Source: a virus. From it: a stretch of DNA of 64,000 nucleotides. This document shows positions 46,695 to 56,246 of the stretch, in pieces. The translations under genes and the position numbers were made by a program. The stretch lies in IMG/VR virus record IMGVR_UViG_3300027887_000007, positions 46,208 to 110,207 of that record; one strand, given 5' to 3'. Numbering within the stretch: position 1 is the stretch's first letter; each line of letters begins with the position of its first letter. The notes beneath the pieces were generated by a model that saw nothing but the letters and a program-made list of their open reading frames with translations, searched no databases and was not told the origin of the DNA.

Positions 46695-48584
46695 CTATTG
46701 GATTTGACCTGTTTGCGTTGCAGATGGGCCAGTGGCATTGCTGATTTTCTCCATGGCACCCGGCAACATTCCTCCACCGCCGGCAGCTCCCGCCTGCTTC
46801 TGCCGGATGGCTTGGATGAGGATGTTGGCACCCTCTTCCTCGAGGTTTTTCTTGATCGAGTCGTACAGGCCTCCCAGATCGAGAGACTCCAGCATGTTCT
46901 TCATATCCATGTCGCCCATTCGCCGCAGGTTGAGCATGAGCGCTTGCTGCGGCATTCGGGCCGACTTGAGCAGGGATCCGGGGACCATCATGAACGTAAA
47001 CGCCTTCCAATGCTCCTCGGCAGGCGTCCCGTACGGGACCATCGTCCCGGGGTCCCAGTCGAAGTCCTCCCACGTCAATCCCTCGGACCCTAGAAGCTGC
47101 ATCCTCCGTTTCAGCGTGTAGAACTGGAAGGCGTTGGGGACCCACTGCTGGCCCATCTGTTTCATGAAGTCTTCGATGTACCGTACCTTGAGCCTGACAA
47201 GGGTCTGTTGCCCCTCCTTCAGTTGCTCCAGAGTGTCTCCTGCCGGGACGATACCCCTGCGAGAGATGCTCCCCATGTCCAGAAAACCGCTCTGGCTGTC
47301 TAGTTCCTGCTGGGCGTACAGCATCGTCTGGAAGACGAAGCTGGGCAGGACAGGCGCCGGCCCCCACGTCGGAGCCTGAATCGAAGCCGGGGAGTAGAAA
47401 ATCTTCGCATTCGGCATGTTCGGGTCGAGATTCTTCTTCACCGAAGCGCCGAAGGCGTTGTCCGGAGCAAGGAGTTGCGGGTTGACCGCCTTCTTGACCG
47501 CGTCAAGGATCCCTGCGAGGACGTTGTTCATGACATCCTGCAGCGGGATCTGGTTGCGGAACTCGGACAGTCCCGGGAACTGCCACGGGACCCGGTTCAA
47601 CCGGAGGCACTGGAACGGGAACTGACCGTGGTAGTGCGGATTTGGACCGTCGTAAAGGACAACCGGGCCGCCGAGGATCATTAGCCGGCCGCGAGGATAA
47701 AGCTTCTGGCCAGGCTGGACGGCGTATCCGTACTCCCTCTGCTGATCCCCGACCCAAACTGTTGCGTTTGACGTATTTCTCTGGCTGTCCCTGATCCAGA
47801 ACTCCCGGTAGAGAGCCATCGGTATTGCGGAGTCTCGGGCTTGGCTTGTGGTTTGGCCAAACACTCGGCGCATCTGGGGGGATAGCACCTGCCAAGCCCG
47901 TCCCCACATCCCCGTGCCGGCCTGAGACGGGCCACCAAGGTACTGCGAATACTCCTTGTCGACAGGGACTTTGTAGCCTTTGAGGGGGTACTTCTCCTTG
48001 AACCATGAGATCGGCTTGGGGGCGCGGTAGATGACTCCAAGAGACCGCTGTAGCGTATGGGACGGCCTGATCGGAATCAGGTCCATCGCGCCAAGGGCTG
48101 TCAGCTCCATCTCGCCTTCGCCGTTCTTCAGGTCTGGATTCCAGATCAAACGGCCGTAACCGATCGTGAGAGCCGCGTGGACGATGATCATGGCAAGGGT
48201 CATGTCGATGTCCTCGTTCATGAACCAAGCCCGGACCATCTTGTTGAGGACCTTCGCGTGTTCGTCGTACAGCTTGTTGTTCGCTTTGATCTCGAACGAA
48301 GGCCGGATGTCCGTGAGGTAGGAAATCAGCTGAACTAGGTTAGTCCACAGCCGGTTGGCGACCGGTGCGGCCTTGTAGCTAGGCCGGCGCTCGACCCACT
48401 GCTTCCCCATCAGGTAGTTGATGGCGCGGTCGATCTGGACTACGTCGTCGTTCCGCTCGAGGTCGTCCTTCGCCTCTTCAAAGACGGCCTCACACCACCG
48501 GCTGACCAAGAGATCGTGTGCAGTCTCGTCTAGCGGCCATTGGGTAGCGCTCGGGTCGTACGAGTACCAACCGGGTAAATCCAT
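46695..48584 (-). CDS. Portal protein
   Basis: 629 aa after the terminase; YLMGKQW, RPSFE, LYDGPNP..HGQFPF, PLQDVMN; Q/G-rich tail. Confidence 0.85.
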   Translation of the reverse strand: MDLPGWYSYDPSATQWPLDETAHDLLVSRWCEAVFEEAKDDLERNDDVVQIDRAINYLMGKQWVERRPSYKAAPVANRLWTNLVQLISYLTDIRPSFEIKANNKLYDEHAKVLNKMVRAWFMNEDIDMTLAMIIVHAALTIGYGRLIWNPDLKNGEGEMELTALGAMDLIPIRPSHTLQRSLGVIYRAPKPISWFKEKYPLKGYKVPVDKEYSQYLGGPSQAGTGMWGRAWQVLSPQMRRVFGQTTSQARDSAIPMALYREFWIRDSQRNTSNATVWVGDQQREYGYAVQPGQKLYPRGRLMILGGPVVLYDGPNPHYHGQFPFQCLRLNRVPWQFPGLSEFRNQIPLQDVMNNVLAGILDAVKKAVNPQLLAPDNAFGASVKKNLDPNMPNAKIFYSPASIQAPTWGPAPVLPSFVFQTMLYAQQELDSQSGFLDMGSISRRGIVPAGDTLEQLKEGQQTLVRLKVRYIEDFMKQMGQQWVPNAFQFYTLKRRMQLLGSEGLTWEDFDWDPGTMVPYGTPAEEHWKAFTFMMVPGSLLKSARMPQQALMLNLRRMGDMDMKNMLESLDLGGLYDSIKKNLEEEGANILIQAIRQKQAGAAGGGGMLPGAMEKISNATGPSATQTGQIQ

Positions 48585-48599
48585 GGACCCCTCCGATGC

Positions 48600-48920
48600 T
48601 CAGTCTACTAGGGTTGTGTCAATCCCCGGCTGGGGGGCTCTTTTCTTGGGCGGGGCATCCTTGGGATCCGGGCAGTGAACCACTCCGTACTCGTTGCAGT
48701 ACCGGGAAAGGTCCTTCTGGCGCCCGACGTGGATTTCTCTGCCATCCGGGTCAAGGTTTCTGGTGTTGAAGGCGGCGAAAACCTTGGGGGAGTACCGGCT
48801 GAAGAGACGCTCTCCGGGTCCCCCGCACTTTGGGCAGGTACCGCTGCAATCGGTAACGTGGGGTGAGTACCACTCCCAGATGTGGTCGCACTCGAAGCAC
48901 TGGTCCTCGTAGACTGGCAT
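48600..48920 (-). CDS. FmdB-like zinc-ribbon protein
   Basis: MPVYEDQCFECDH...CPKCGG..ERLFS; RBS GGAGG. Confidence 0.75.
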   Translation of the reverse strand: MPVYEDQCFECDHIWEWYSPHVTDCSGTCPKCGGPGERLFSRYSPKVFAAFNTRNLDPDGREIHVGRQKDLSRYCNEYGVVHCPDPKDAPPKKRAPQPGIDTTLVD

Positions 48921-48930
48921 GATCGCCTCC

Positions 48931-49494
48931 TCAGTAGAACCAGAGGTTGTCGAGACCGTCCTCAACCCGGGAGTTCATGTAGCGCTCAAGCGACATTTGC
49001 CCTGACTTGGCTACGTCTTCGAGCGGCTGGACGTGCCTCTCTGGGATCATCAGGGTAATCGGAACATCTCCACCGATCTTCCTGATCTGGCCAGACAGGA
49101 CTCTGGCCTCTGCCCTCTCGACCCTCTCACGCATGTCCTTCATTTGCTCGTTCATGGCAAAAACGGCTCCGAACAGCGACGAGGAGTCGGTGAATTTTCC
49201 GAGGACGCTCTCGAGGCGAAGGCGGTCGACCTCCTCAATCCTCATTCTCGTATCAGGAGGCGCCGAGGCTTCCTCTTTCGGCGGCTCCGGAACTGGCGGC
49301 GGGGCCGCGGCTCTTCTCGTCCTACCCATCTCGAGCAATGCCGCGGCGAGGACATCGCGGTCCTCCCACTGGTGACCGGCGGTGCAAAAGTGGCTAAACT
49401 TAGCTCCCGGCCTGTAAATTAGGTCGTTTTCGACTCCACCCTTGTAACACTCCGGACACAACTCTCTAGGCTTTGGTTTGTTGGCGACGGCCAT
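48931..49494 (-). CDS. Hypothetical protein with an N-terminal Zn motif
   Basis: CPEC...C..GH; coiled coil; RHH-like C-terminus. Confidence 0.65.
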   Translation of the reverse strand: MAVANKPKPRELCPECYKGGVENDLIYRPGAKFSHFCTAGHQWEDRDVLAAALLEMGRTRRAAAPPPVPEPPKEEASAPPDTRMRIEEVDRLRLESVLGKFTDSSSLFGAVFAMNEQMKDMRERVERAEARVLSGQIRKIGGDVPITLMIPERHVQPLEDVAKSGQMSLERYMNSRVEDGLDNLWFY

Positions 49495-49502
49495 CTCCGC
49501 TC

Positions 49503-51398
49503 CTATAGCATGTAAAAGTCAGGAATTCCCGTCCGATCCTGAGCAATGTTGTCCTTGTCGTAAAGCAATGAGTAATCCGTGTTTTGGAAGTCCTGATTGG
49601 CTGGAATCTTCTCTTCTTCTAACTTGGAGTCCATTCTTGGACGCAACTGGGTGGCGCAGTAGTAGGTGATCATGGCCGACATGATCCCGTCATCGTGCTG
49701 GCCGGCTCTGGCCTCGTACCTCTCGGTCCCCTCCTCTACTTCCACGAAGTCGAACATCTCGTCGATGTCTGCCTCGGCCCGGATGATGACGGTCCACTCG
49801 TCGAGTGCCTGACGGAACCGGCCGATGAGCTCGTTGCGGTTCCTGAAGTTTGTCTGCCATCCGATGAAGTTCGAGTAGGCGTTCCGGGCTTTGTCCTCCC
49901 GCATCCATCGGTACCACTTAGGGTAAAGCAGGACCTTGCAGAGATCCGACACAACGGTCGTGATCGTATTGCATTCCGGGCTGATCTCCGCGGTGTTGTA
50001 CATGTAGCCAAGCGCAGCGAGAACACGGGCGAACTGGCCGGGACCGATCCATCCGTGCCAGCGGGCGACTTGCCGAATGGGCTGATTGATGTCCTCCGGC
50101 ACCGCAAAGACCTGGGCGCAGGCCGGATCGCCACCCTCGACACCCATCGACGGATCGGCCCCGATGTAGTAGTTCATGTTCGCCTTCGGCAGTTCCCAGA
50201 TGCTTAGGCGACCATCCTGAAGCTTGCTGAGCTTGAAGCTGCGGTTATCCTTGTCGTCAAGACGGACCTCTCCGACCCACATGGGCGGCCGGCAGAAATG
50301 GGTGAGCATCTCCTGTAACCGCCGCTTTGAGAACGCGCATCTGCCTGAGGCGATGAAAGCTTCTGCGGGGCTGACCGGAAACTCTTGGCGAAACTTCTCG
50401 GGGTCTCCGTCGGTCGACTCAAACTCGGCCATCTTCTTCCGACGCCACGCCAACTGGGAATCGGTGAGGCCAAACCCGGCGGTCTTCTTTACCTTGTCGA
50501 GCAGAGCTATCTCTTCCGGCGTATGCTCGAAGCGCTCGGGAACGGTAATAGAGTATCCGGGCTCACGGAACCACTCGATGAACACAAAGTCCCAAGGAAG
50601 CTTTCCGGATTCTGCGGCCTTGCAGATCCGGTGCCACGTTCCGCCTCGACCTCTGGCGGTAGACTCCATGATGCCGATAGACCCGGGCAGCTCGACCAGT
50701 GAGCCGAAAATTCCCTCGGTAATGGCATTGGAGTTCCGGTATCTGGCAACCTCGGCCAAGTGGGCTCCGAAAAGCGACTTGGAATAAGCCGCGCCGGAGG
50801 GCTGATTCGCTGACTCAAAGTAGATCTGGGACTGGATTCCGGAGCTCCTTCGGCGATCTTCCTCTCTTGCTCTATCGAATCCAAGCAATCTGCCCCTTGC
50901 GTCATACCTCTTCTCAGGACGCATCCACCAAGGCAAGTACTCATGCGCCGTTCTGGCCATGTTGAAGTTAACATCGGTTCTCTCCTCCTCGTCCGACATC
51001 GTCAGAACGTGCGAGTTCGGGTGGAAGAAGACCAACCAGCACATCAGAGCTACCGAGATTGTCGTCAACCCAAGTTGGCGGGCCTTCAACACGACGATTC
51101 TGATGATGTTGTCTATCGACTGCTGCCGCTCGAAGCTGGCCAGAAAGACTTCCTGACTATCCCAAAACGGCCACAGGGGGACGAGACCAAGCTTTTTGGT
51201 GCGGATGAAATGGTAGTTTTCTAGGTAGTATCGGGGGGACTGGAGGCACTTGGCTATCTCGCCCTCAATGAACTGAATCTCGGTGTCACTGAGCGAGGCA
51301 AGCGCCTTAGCCTGATCGAAATTGGCTTCGAGCAGTCTGGCGTCTAGAGCTTCGAGGGCTTCGTCTAGCTCTTGTTGCTTCCGTCGGAGCAGTTCCAA
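49503..51398 (-). CDS. terL: Terminase large subunit
   Basis: LKARQLGLTT (Walker A), HLAEVA (Walker B), IMESTARG (motif C), FRQEFP..EAF, IGADPSMG and HDD nuclease motifs. Confidence 0.92.
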   Translation of the reverse strand: MELLRRKQQELDEALEALDARLLEANFDQAKALASLSDTEIQFIEGEIAKCLQSPRYYLENYHFIRTKKLGLVPLWPFWDSQEVFLASFERQQSIDNIIRIVVLKARQLGLTTISVALMCWLVFFHPNSHVLTMSDEEERTDVNFNMARTAHEYLPWWMRPEKRYDARGRLLGFDRAREEDRRRSSGIQSQIYFESANQPSGAAYSKSLFGAHLAEVARYRNSNAITEGIFGSLVELPGSIGIMESTARGRGGTWHRICKAAESGKLPWDFVFIEWFREPGYSITVPERFEHTPEEIALLDKVKKTAGFGLTDSQLAWRRKKMAEFESTDGDPEKFRQEFPVSPAEAFIASGRCAFSKRRLQEMLTHFCRPPMWVGEVRLDDKDNRSFKLSKLQDGRLSIWELPKANMNYYIGADPSMGVEGGDPACAQVFAVPEDINQPIRQVARWHGWIGPGQFARVLAALGYMYNTAEISPECNTITTVVSDLCKVLLYPKWYRWMREDKARNAYSNFIGWQTNFRNRNELIGRFRQALDEWTVIIRAEADIDEMFDFVEVEEGTERYEARAGQHDDGIMSAMITYYCATQLRPRMDSKLEEEKIPANQDFQNTDYSLLYDKDNIAQDRTGIPDFYML

Positions 51399-51416
51399 CG
51401 GCTAGGCCGTTTCTAC

Positions 51417-51773
51417 CTACCCTTTGTCTGTTACGGCTTGGCTCATGAACGCCTTGATTTCCTCTGCGGTCATTCCCTGAGCCTCGGCTAGCTTGATCTG
51501 CTCTTGGATGAACATCTCTTCGTCGGTGTTCCCGACGAATTCTCCCTCGGTCGGCTTCATGCGAGCGGCGATAAACTCCCGAAGTTGACCGCCAAGCACA
51601 TTTTCAGTCGACTTTGCCTCTTGCAGCTGTCTCGGCGTAGCCTTGAACTCCCGTAGCAAGGCGGCGTCGACAGAGAGGGCCATCAGTAGGAATCGGTACG
51701 CGACGTAGATGACGGCAGAGAGGGCGGCAAGAAAGAATGCCGCGGCCACAAGCAGGATCGCTAGCTCAATCAT
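51417..51773 (-). CDS. Membrane protein
   Basis: N-terminal hydrophobic helix MIELAILLVAAAFFLAALSAVIYVAY. Confidence 0.6.
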   Translation of the reverse strand: MIELAILLVAAAFFLAALSAVIYVAYRFLLMALSVDAALLREFKATPRQLQEAKSTENVLGGQLREFIAARMKPTEGEFVGNTDEEMFIQEQIKLAEAQGMTAEEIKAFMSQAVTDKG

Positions 51774-52053
51774 CGAGTATGCTTTCACGCTTGGGATTAT
51801 ACTTCTTCGCCTCTGGCAGCCCAAAGGCAAAGTCCCCCTCGCGCTTTTCCTGAACGAGGTTGACGCCGACCAAGTACCCGGCATCGTCGTACTCGCACGT
51901 CACGTACCCGTTGTCGCAAAGAGCCTCCGACCCGGGAAACTGGGCGTGGAACGCGGTCCGACGCCTAGTTGTGGCCGGGTTCAAGTCGATGTGGAAGGCC
52001 TCAGCCTCTAGGATGAGAGGCTCTTTGTCGTCCCGAGTGATGCAGATTTTCAT
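51766..52053 (-). CDS. Hypothetical protein
   Basis: 95 aa, coupled overlaps with neighbours. Confidence 0.6.
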   Translation of the reverse strand: MKICITRDDKEPLILEAEAFHIDLNPATTRRRTAFHAQFPGSEALCDNGYVTCEYDDAGYLVGVNLVQEKREGDFAFGLPEAKKYNPKRESILDD

Positions 52054-52499
52054 AGGTTGTCCCCGTACTTCCGCTCAGGCTCGCCGACGGTCATCCACGC
52101 CCCGCTCTTCAGCCGGCGGACCCTCGGGCTCCCAGACTTGGAGTCCTTGTAGAGGATCCCGTAGAGTGTCTGAATCGGCCGGGTTCCCTTGACCGGCTCC
52201 CCCTGCTTCTCAAGGGCAGCGAGGATGTCGTTGGTCTTCATCGGTCCACGCGAGATGAGCATCGCCATCACCTTGTCGGCGATACTGGCCGGCTTCTTGG
52301 ATCCGACGCCTTTCAAGACCCTCGGCTTGGACCACCTGATCGTCGCCGACATGTCCTCCGCCATCGGCAAGGCATTGCCAGCTCCGTTACTCGACAGAAA
52401 CGATTCCAGCCCCCGAATAGCAAGGTCGATCCTGCCACGTTCCTCCATCAGGATCTTTCTGGACTGCTCAATGCACGTTCTGATATCGCTGAGGTTCAT
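52050..52499 (-). CDS. Winged-helix DNA-binding protein
   Basis: N-terminal coiled coil; GPMKTNDILAALEKQG...TLYGIL...RRLKSGAW. Confidence 0.6.
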   Translation of the reverse strand: MNLSDIRTCIEQSRKILMEERGRIDLAIRGLESFLSSNGAGNALPMAEDMSATIRWSKPRVLKGVGSKKPASIADKVMAMLISRGPMKTNDILAALEKQGEPVKGTRPIQTLYGILYKDSKSGSPRVRRLKSGAWMTVGEPERKYGDNL

Positions 52500-52516
52500 A
52501 TCACTCTCCGGCCGAC

Positions 52517-52546
52517 ACTCTACGACCGGCTAGGGCTAGATGTCAA
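52517..52546 (-). promoter_or_regulatory. Sigma70-like promoter
   Basis: TTGACA-N18-TAGAGT upstream of the 52499 start (RBS GGAGAG). Confidence 0.55.
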
Positions 52547-52806
52547 GCAACCTTCCTCGGCCTGCCGCGGCGACGGGGATGCTTCAACCTGCCCTTCTCC
52601 TGATAGTACTTGGTCGACCGCTCCCTAGAGCAAGCACGGCACACTCTACGCTGGTAGCCCTCTTTTGACTTAGTCAGCAGAAGGTTGTCACCCTCGTACG
52701 GGTGTCCTGCTGGACATGTCGTCTTGAGGCGGTTGTACCAGATCCGCTCTTTTTTGGGTGTCTCCGTTTGATCCGAACTCAATGATGAACTCCTTCCCCG
52801 CACCAA
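52543..52806 (-). CDS. Small Zn-finger protein (HNH-associated KTxCPxGHPY...RxCRxC module); start uncertain
   Basis: KTTCPAGHPYEGDNL...RRVCRAC. Confidence 0.55.
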   Translation of the reverse strand: MVRGRSSSLSSDQTETPKKERIWYNRLKTTCPAGHPYEGDNLLLTKSKEGYQRRVCRACSRERSTKYYQEKGRLKHPRRRGRPRKVA

Positions 52807-52930
52807 GCCGGGTTTTGACTGATTTGTCTCCGAACGACCTGATCAACGTGAGCTCCTGATCGTCGATCGAGTCGCTCGGGATCAGGGAAATCTGGGCCAT
52901 CTTCTTAGTAAATCTGAACTCTACTTCCAT
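52688..52930 (-). CDS. Hypothetical protein
   Basis: MEVEFRFTKK... start at 52930. Confidence 0.45.
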   Translation of the reverse strand: MEVEFRFTKKMAQISLIPSDSIDDQELTLIRSFGDKSVKTRLGAGKEFIIEFGSNGDTQKRADLVQPPQDDMSSRTPVRG

Positions 52931-52937
52931 TTTGCCC

Positions 52938-53138
52938 TCAGTGCTGATGCGGATTGAATTCGAGATCGGCCGGTTCCGGCGAACCAATGTCACAGCTTTC
53001 CAGCGACACCACGGCCGGGACACACCACTGCAGAAGGTAGGCCTTGGCTTCCTTCTCGGCGTCTTCCTTGTCAATGAACGGTCCGTCGACGACCTCTCCG
53101 TCAGCGCCACGGACGAACCACCTGTTTTTGATTGGCAT
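52938..53138 (-). CDS. Hypothetical protein
   Basis: VDGPFIDKEDAEKEA motif; coupled to the upstream gene. Confidence 0.55.
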   Translation of the reverse strand: MPIKNRWFVRGADGEVVDGPFIDKEDAEKEAKAYLLQWCVPAVVSLESCDIGSPEPADLEFNPHQH

Positions 53139-53419
53139 CAGACCGTCCCGCCGCAGATCATCTGATTCGGCGATTTGTCCTCAGAAACCCGTCCGATCGC
53201 TAGTTTGTACCCGGCCTTAACCCCGAGCTCGATGAGCTCAAGAACGTCGTAGACGTGTACAAGGGCCTGTTCGGGGAGGGCGATACGCGAGTCGAAGATC
53301 CTACGTGCGAGGACTTCTTCCTCTGTTATCGGGTCCGGTATCTCCGGAACCGTCCACTGGTTTCTTCCGCCCTCTTCCCTCTGTTTCTGGTCCCTTAGGT
53401 GAAGCTGTAGAGCGTCCAT
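53138..53419 (-). CDS. Hypothetical protein
   Basis: RBS AGGAGG; 93 aa. Confidence 0.55.
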   Translation of the reverse strand: MDALQLHLRDQKQREEGGRNQWTVPEIPDPITEEEVLARRIFDSRIALPEQALVHVYDVLELIELGVKAGYKLAIGRVSEDKSPNQMICGGTV

Positions 53420-53765
53420 ACTCTCCTCCTAGCAACATGGCTCTCTCGTTTGTGGTCAGTGGTTTAGTCATGTCAACCAGACGGTCGAACAGAGATGTCA
53501 TCGGACTCGGATCGGATTTCGGGATCGGGAACTTGATGCCCGCAGCCTCTTCTTTGGTTGGCATAACCACGATTTCTAGATTCTCGCAGATCAGCTTTTT
53601 GAGTTTTGGCTTGGCGCCCTTGAATAAGTTGAAGATCGCCGGGGACACCTGAACAAAGCATCCGAAGTAGTACCCCTTGTTCGATCCCTTCAACGCGCTG
53701 TTTTCGACGATCGGGATGGACTTGAAGAGTTTCGCGTCCAACATGTCTTTCAGCGTTATGTTCAT
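53301..53765 (-). CDS. Hypothetical protein
   Basis: 154 aa; ATGA overlap. Confidence 0.5.
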   Translation of the reverse strand: MNITLKDMLDAKLFKSIPIVENSALKGSNKGYYFGCFVQVSPAIFNLFKGAKPKLKKLICENLEIVVMPTKEEAAGIKFPIPKSDPSPMTSLFDRLVDMTKPLTTNERAMLLGGEYGRSTASPKGPETEGRGRKKPVDGSGDTGPDNRGRSPRT

Positions 53766-54196
53766 TTCATCATAGCCGGGTTGAACCCGTCCGGATCTCC
53801 CGGCTTCTCCTGTGACTCGACGAAGGTGACTGTTGTCTCGACGGTGGTGTCGACTTGCACAGAGCTCTCGCTGCGGTCACGATTCCTGTCCAGAATCTCC
53901 TGACCATCGGCATCGACGTAGAAGATGAGCGGCTTTGTCCTGCTCTGGTATTTGTTGAGCGCCGGGATCATTGCGATGATGCCTTCCTGACTGTGCCAGA
54001 GCGTGTACTCGGTGTAGAGCTGACCGACGATTGGGATGTTGCAGTCGAACGTCGGCGGCTGGATCTCGATCTGGTAGAGCGGTGACTCGGAAGCCATCTG
54101 GGTGATCCTGACAAACAACCTCAGGTCCGCACACCATTTGAAGCCGTACTTGAGGTTCCTGAAAATCTGTCCAAAATACGGGACGGTCTTTGGCAT
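53762..54196 (-). CDS. Hypothetical protein
   Basis: MPKTVPYFG start at 54196 behind GAGGAG. Confidence 0.6.
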   Translation of the reverse strand: MPKTVPYFGQIFRNLKYGFKWCADLRLFVRITQMASESPLYQIEIQPPTFDCNIPIVGQLYTEYTLWHSQEGIIAMIPALNKYQSRTKPLIFYVDADGQEILDRNRDRSESSVQVDTTVETTVTFVESQEKPGDPDGFNPAMMK

Positions 54197-54492
54197 CACT
54201 TCTCCTCTCGGTTCGTTAGTTTGTCCATGATAAGCACCGCACCGCCGATGGACAGCCACAGAACGAAGAAGTCCTTCACGGTCGGCGCCAGAAAGACGGC
54301 CGGCACCAGACAGACCCACAGGCTGAAGCAGAAGAAACAGTTGACCAGTTCGTACAGAGTGAGAAACCCGCGGTTCCAGAGGTACTCCCTCATCCTGTCG
54401 AAGCATCGCCACGGACCAGACTCTCTTGTGACAAGGTGAGAAACCCGGTACGCGGCGAGCGTCCATGCCAGAACCGCCATCCCCTTATTCAT
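54196..54492 (-). CDS. DUF1360-like membrane protein
   Basis: LAAYRVSHLVTRESGP..FDRMR...ELVNCFFCFSLWV. Confidence 0.7.
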   Translation of the reverse strand: MNKGMAVLAWTLAAYRVSHLVTRESGPWRCFDRMREYLWNRGFLTLYELVNCFFCFSLWVCLVPAVFLAPTVKDFFVLWLSIGGAVLIMDKLTNREEK

Positions 54493-54799
54493 CCGGCACA
54501 GCCTTTCCGGCCTTCAAAAGCTCCTCGATCTGCCCGAGAGCCTCCCGGGCCATTGCGGATACCTGTCTCAGCTTGGCGGTCTCCTGACCGCGGCGCCAGA
54601 GGATCAGGGCGTTACGGATCTTGCCGAGGCTCGTCACGGCGATCTGAAACGCCGCCCTAGTGCATTCGATCTCATGGAGCATCCGCTGGCGGCAGAGGTG
54701 GCCTGGCCGGAACTCTTCGCCGCAGTCCGGGCATTGTGGATACGGCGGGGAAGCATCGGCCAGCGGAGGGGTCACTGGACCATCTTGTTCGTCATCCAC
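54485..54799 (-). CDS. Hypothetical protein (CxxC...H.C)
   Basis: 104 aa; start uncertain. Confidence 0.5.
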   Translation of the reverse strand: MDDEQDGPVTPPLADASPPYPQCPDCGEEFRPGHLCRQRMLHEIECTRAAFQIAVTSLGKIRNALILWRRGQETAKLRQVSAMAREALGQIEELLKAGKAVPDE

Positions 54800-54994
54800 G
54801 TTCCCATCTCCCTCAAAATCTCAGCAAACTGGGCCTCGTTCAATCTTGGCGATGGAACCGCCAGACAGCCGGCGTTGCCGTCCACGTTTTTTACGGCGAT
54901 GAGAAACCCAACTAGGGTCATGTTCGGACAATCCTCTTCCAGCCTGTGGACGAAGTCGTTGATCGCAGCGTTGGCAGCGTCAATCTCTGCCTTG

Positions 54995-55267
54995 TCAATC
55001 ACCAGCTGGTTCGCTGTCACGCTTCTTCTCCTCGCCCGGGATCTCTTCTGCTCCGTGGACCCTGTCGTACTTGTAGCCGCGCCGGAACACAAGGTTCACG
55101 AACTTGCCCTTAGACGGGGCATGGACAAACTCTTCCCATTTCTCCGGTGTTACATTGTGGTAAGAGTAGACAGTCCCGTCTGTGAAGCGGACATAGCAGT
55201 CCTGTTTCGCCTCGTCGTACTTCATTCCAATGACGTTAGAGCTGCCGTAAACGGGCATCCAGTCCAT
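54995..55267 (-). CDS. KTSC domain protein
   Basis: SSNVIGMKYD...YVRF.DG.VYSY..V....EEF..APSKGKFVN...Y.Y. Confidence 0.85.
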   Translation of the reverse strand: MDWMPVYGSSNVIGMKYDEAKQDCYVRFTDGTVYSYHNVTPEKWEEFVHAPSKGKFVNLVFRRGYKYDRVHGAEEIPGEEKKRDSEPAGD

Positions 55268-55464
55268 ACTTCAGCCCTCCAGAGGCTCACATGATCTTGT
55301 GCTTCTGCCAATTTTCACCGTAGAGGTCTTCCTTGACGAAGGTGTTCTCCTCAAACTGGATGTCGTAGACGACCTCCTGCTTCTTAGCGTAGATGGCGCC
55401 CGCCAACAAGAGGACGGCAACGGTGCAGAAGACACCCCAAACCCAGTCCGGAGCGTGGAATCTG

Positions 55465-55884
55465 TCAAGGTACAGGTACGCCAGAAGGCCCCACAACAGC
55501 ACTCTTCCCGGGGACACGGGGATCCTCTCGGCGGGAATCACTTTCTTTTTGCTTGCCACAGAGTCGTTCCTCCTCGATAGCGGCCATCTCCCGAAGGGCC
55601 ATACCGCAGATTGACCCCTCGCAGACGAAGTGTCCACACTGGGAGTGGGATGACGCGATGTGGTGGAGCGCCTTCATGGCTATCTTCACCTGCGCCTGAA
55701 GGGCAGACAGCCTCTCGGCATGGTCTAGGGTCTGCTTGAGATCGGCCGGCTTGAAGGCCCCCTCCATCCCGGTGCCGAATACGAGCCACCCGAACTCCTG
55801 CCACTCCTTCTTGTTGTACCCATCCGTTCCGACAGCCTTGCTCCAGAGTCGGTGGTACAGCTCGTCGGCTAACTTGTTCGTCAT
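55465..55884 (-). CDS. Hypothetical protein
   Basis: 139 aa; LWSKAVGTDGYNKKEW motif. Confidence 0.55.
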   Translation of the reverse strand: MTNKLADELYHRLWSKAVGTDGYNKKEWQEFGWLVFGTGMEGAFKPADLKQTLDHAERLSALQAQVKIAMKALHHIASSHSQCGHFVCEGSICGMALREMAAIEEERLCGKQKESDSRREDPRVPGKSAVVGPSGVPVP

Positions 55885-56246
55885 AATTCTCCCTCTTTAT
55901 TCTGACGAAGATCGTTCTTCGCTTTCTCCTTGAGATTTTTGACGAAGTCGCCGATCCGGGTCATCTCCATCCAAAGCAGGGGTTCGTCGGCTTCAATCCG
56001 GCGGATCTCCTCGTCCGTCAGATTCCGCTGGTGGAGCGTCTCGTCGAAGACTAACCACGAGTAGCAGAAGACGCACAGGGAAAGGTCGCCCTGCTTCGGC
56101 TTCCGCTTGTGCGTCAGGTTGGCCGTAGCGGTCAGCCTGTTGTGGCACTTGATACACAAGCTGACCGGAACATCGAGGTCTTCAGCAACTTTCATAATCG
56201 GATCCTCCAACGGCGTCCAATATCCGACGCCCAACCCACCTCGCAC
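55881..56246 (-). CDS. Hypothetical Zn-binding protein
   Basis: CIKC...PKQGDLSLCVFC; true start probably later (MKVAE). Confidence 0.55.
   Translation of the reverse strand: MRGGLGVGYWTPLEDPIMKVAEDLDVPVSLCIKCHNRLTATANLTHKRKPKQGDLSLCVFCYSWLVFDETLHQRNLTDEEIRRIEADEPLLWMEMTRIGDFVKNLKEKAKNDLRQNKEGEL

Noticed and set aside
46686-47367. N-terminal 226 aa of the 361-aa track ORF 46282-47367
   Set aside because: Overlaps the portal gene out of frame; the real start is probably MPGVIL at 46686.
52740-52770. A6G run as a programmed frameshift joining the 52930 ORF to the Zn-finger ORF
   Set aside because: It would need a +1 shift and the heptamer is not phased as A_AAA_AAG; the Zn-finger start remains unresolved.
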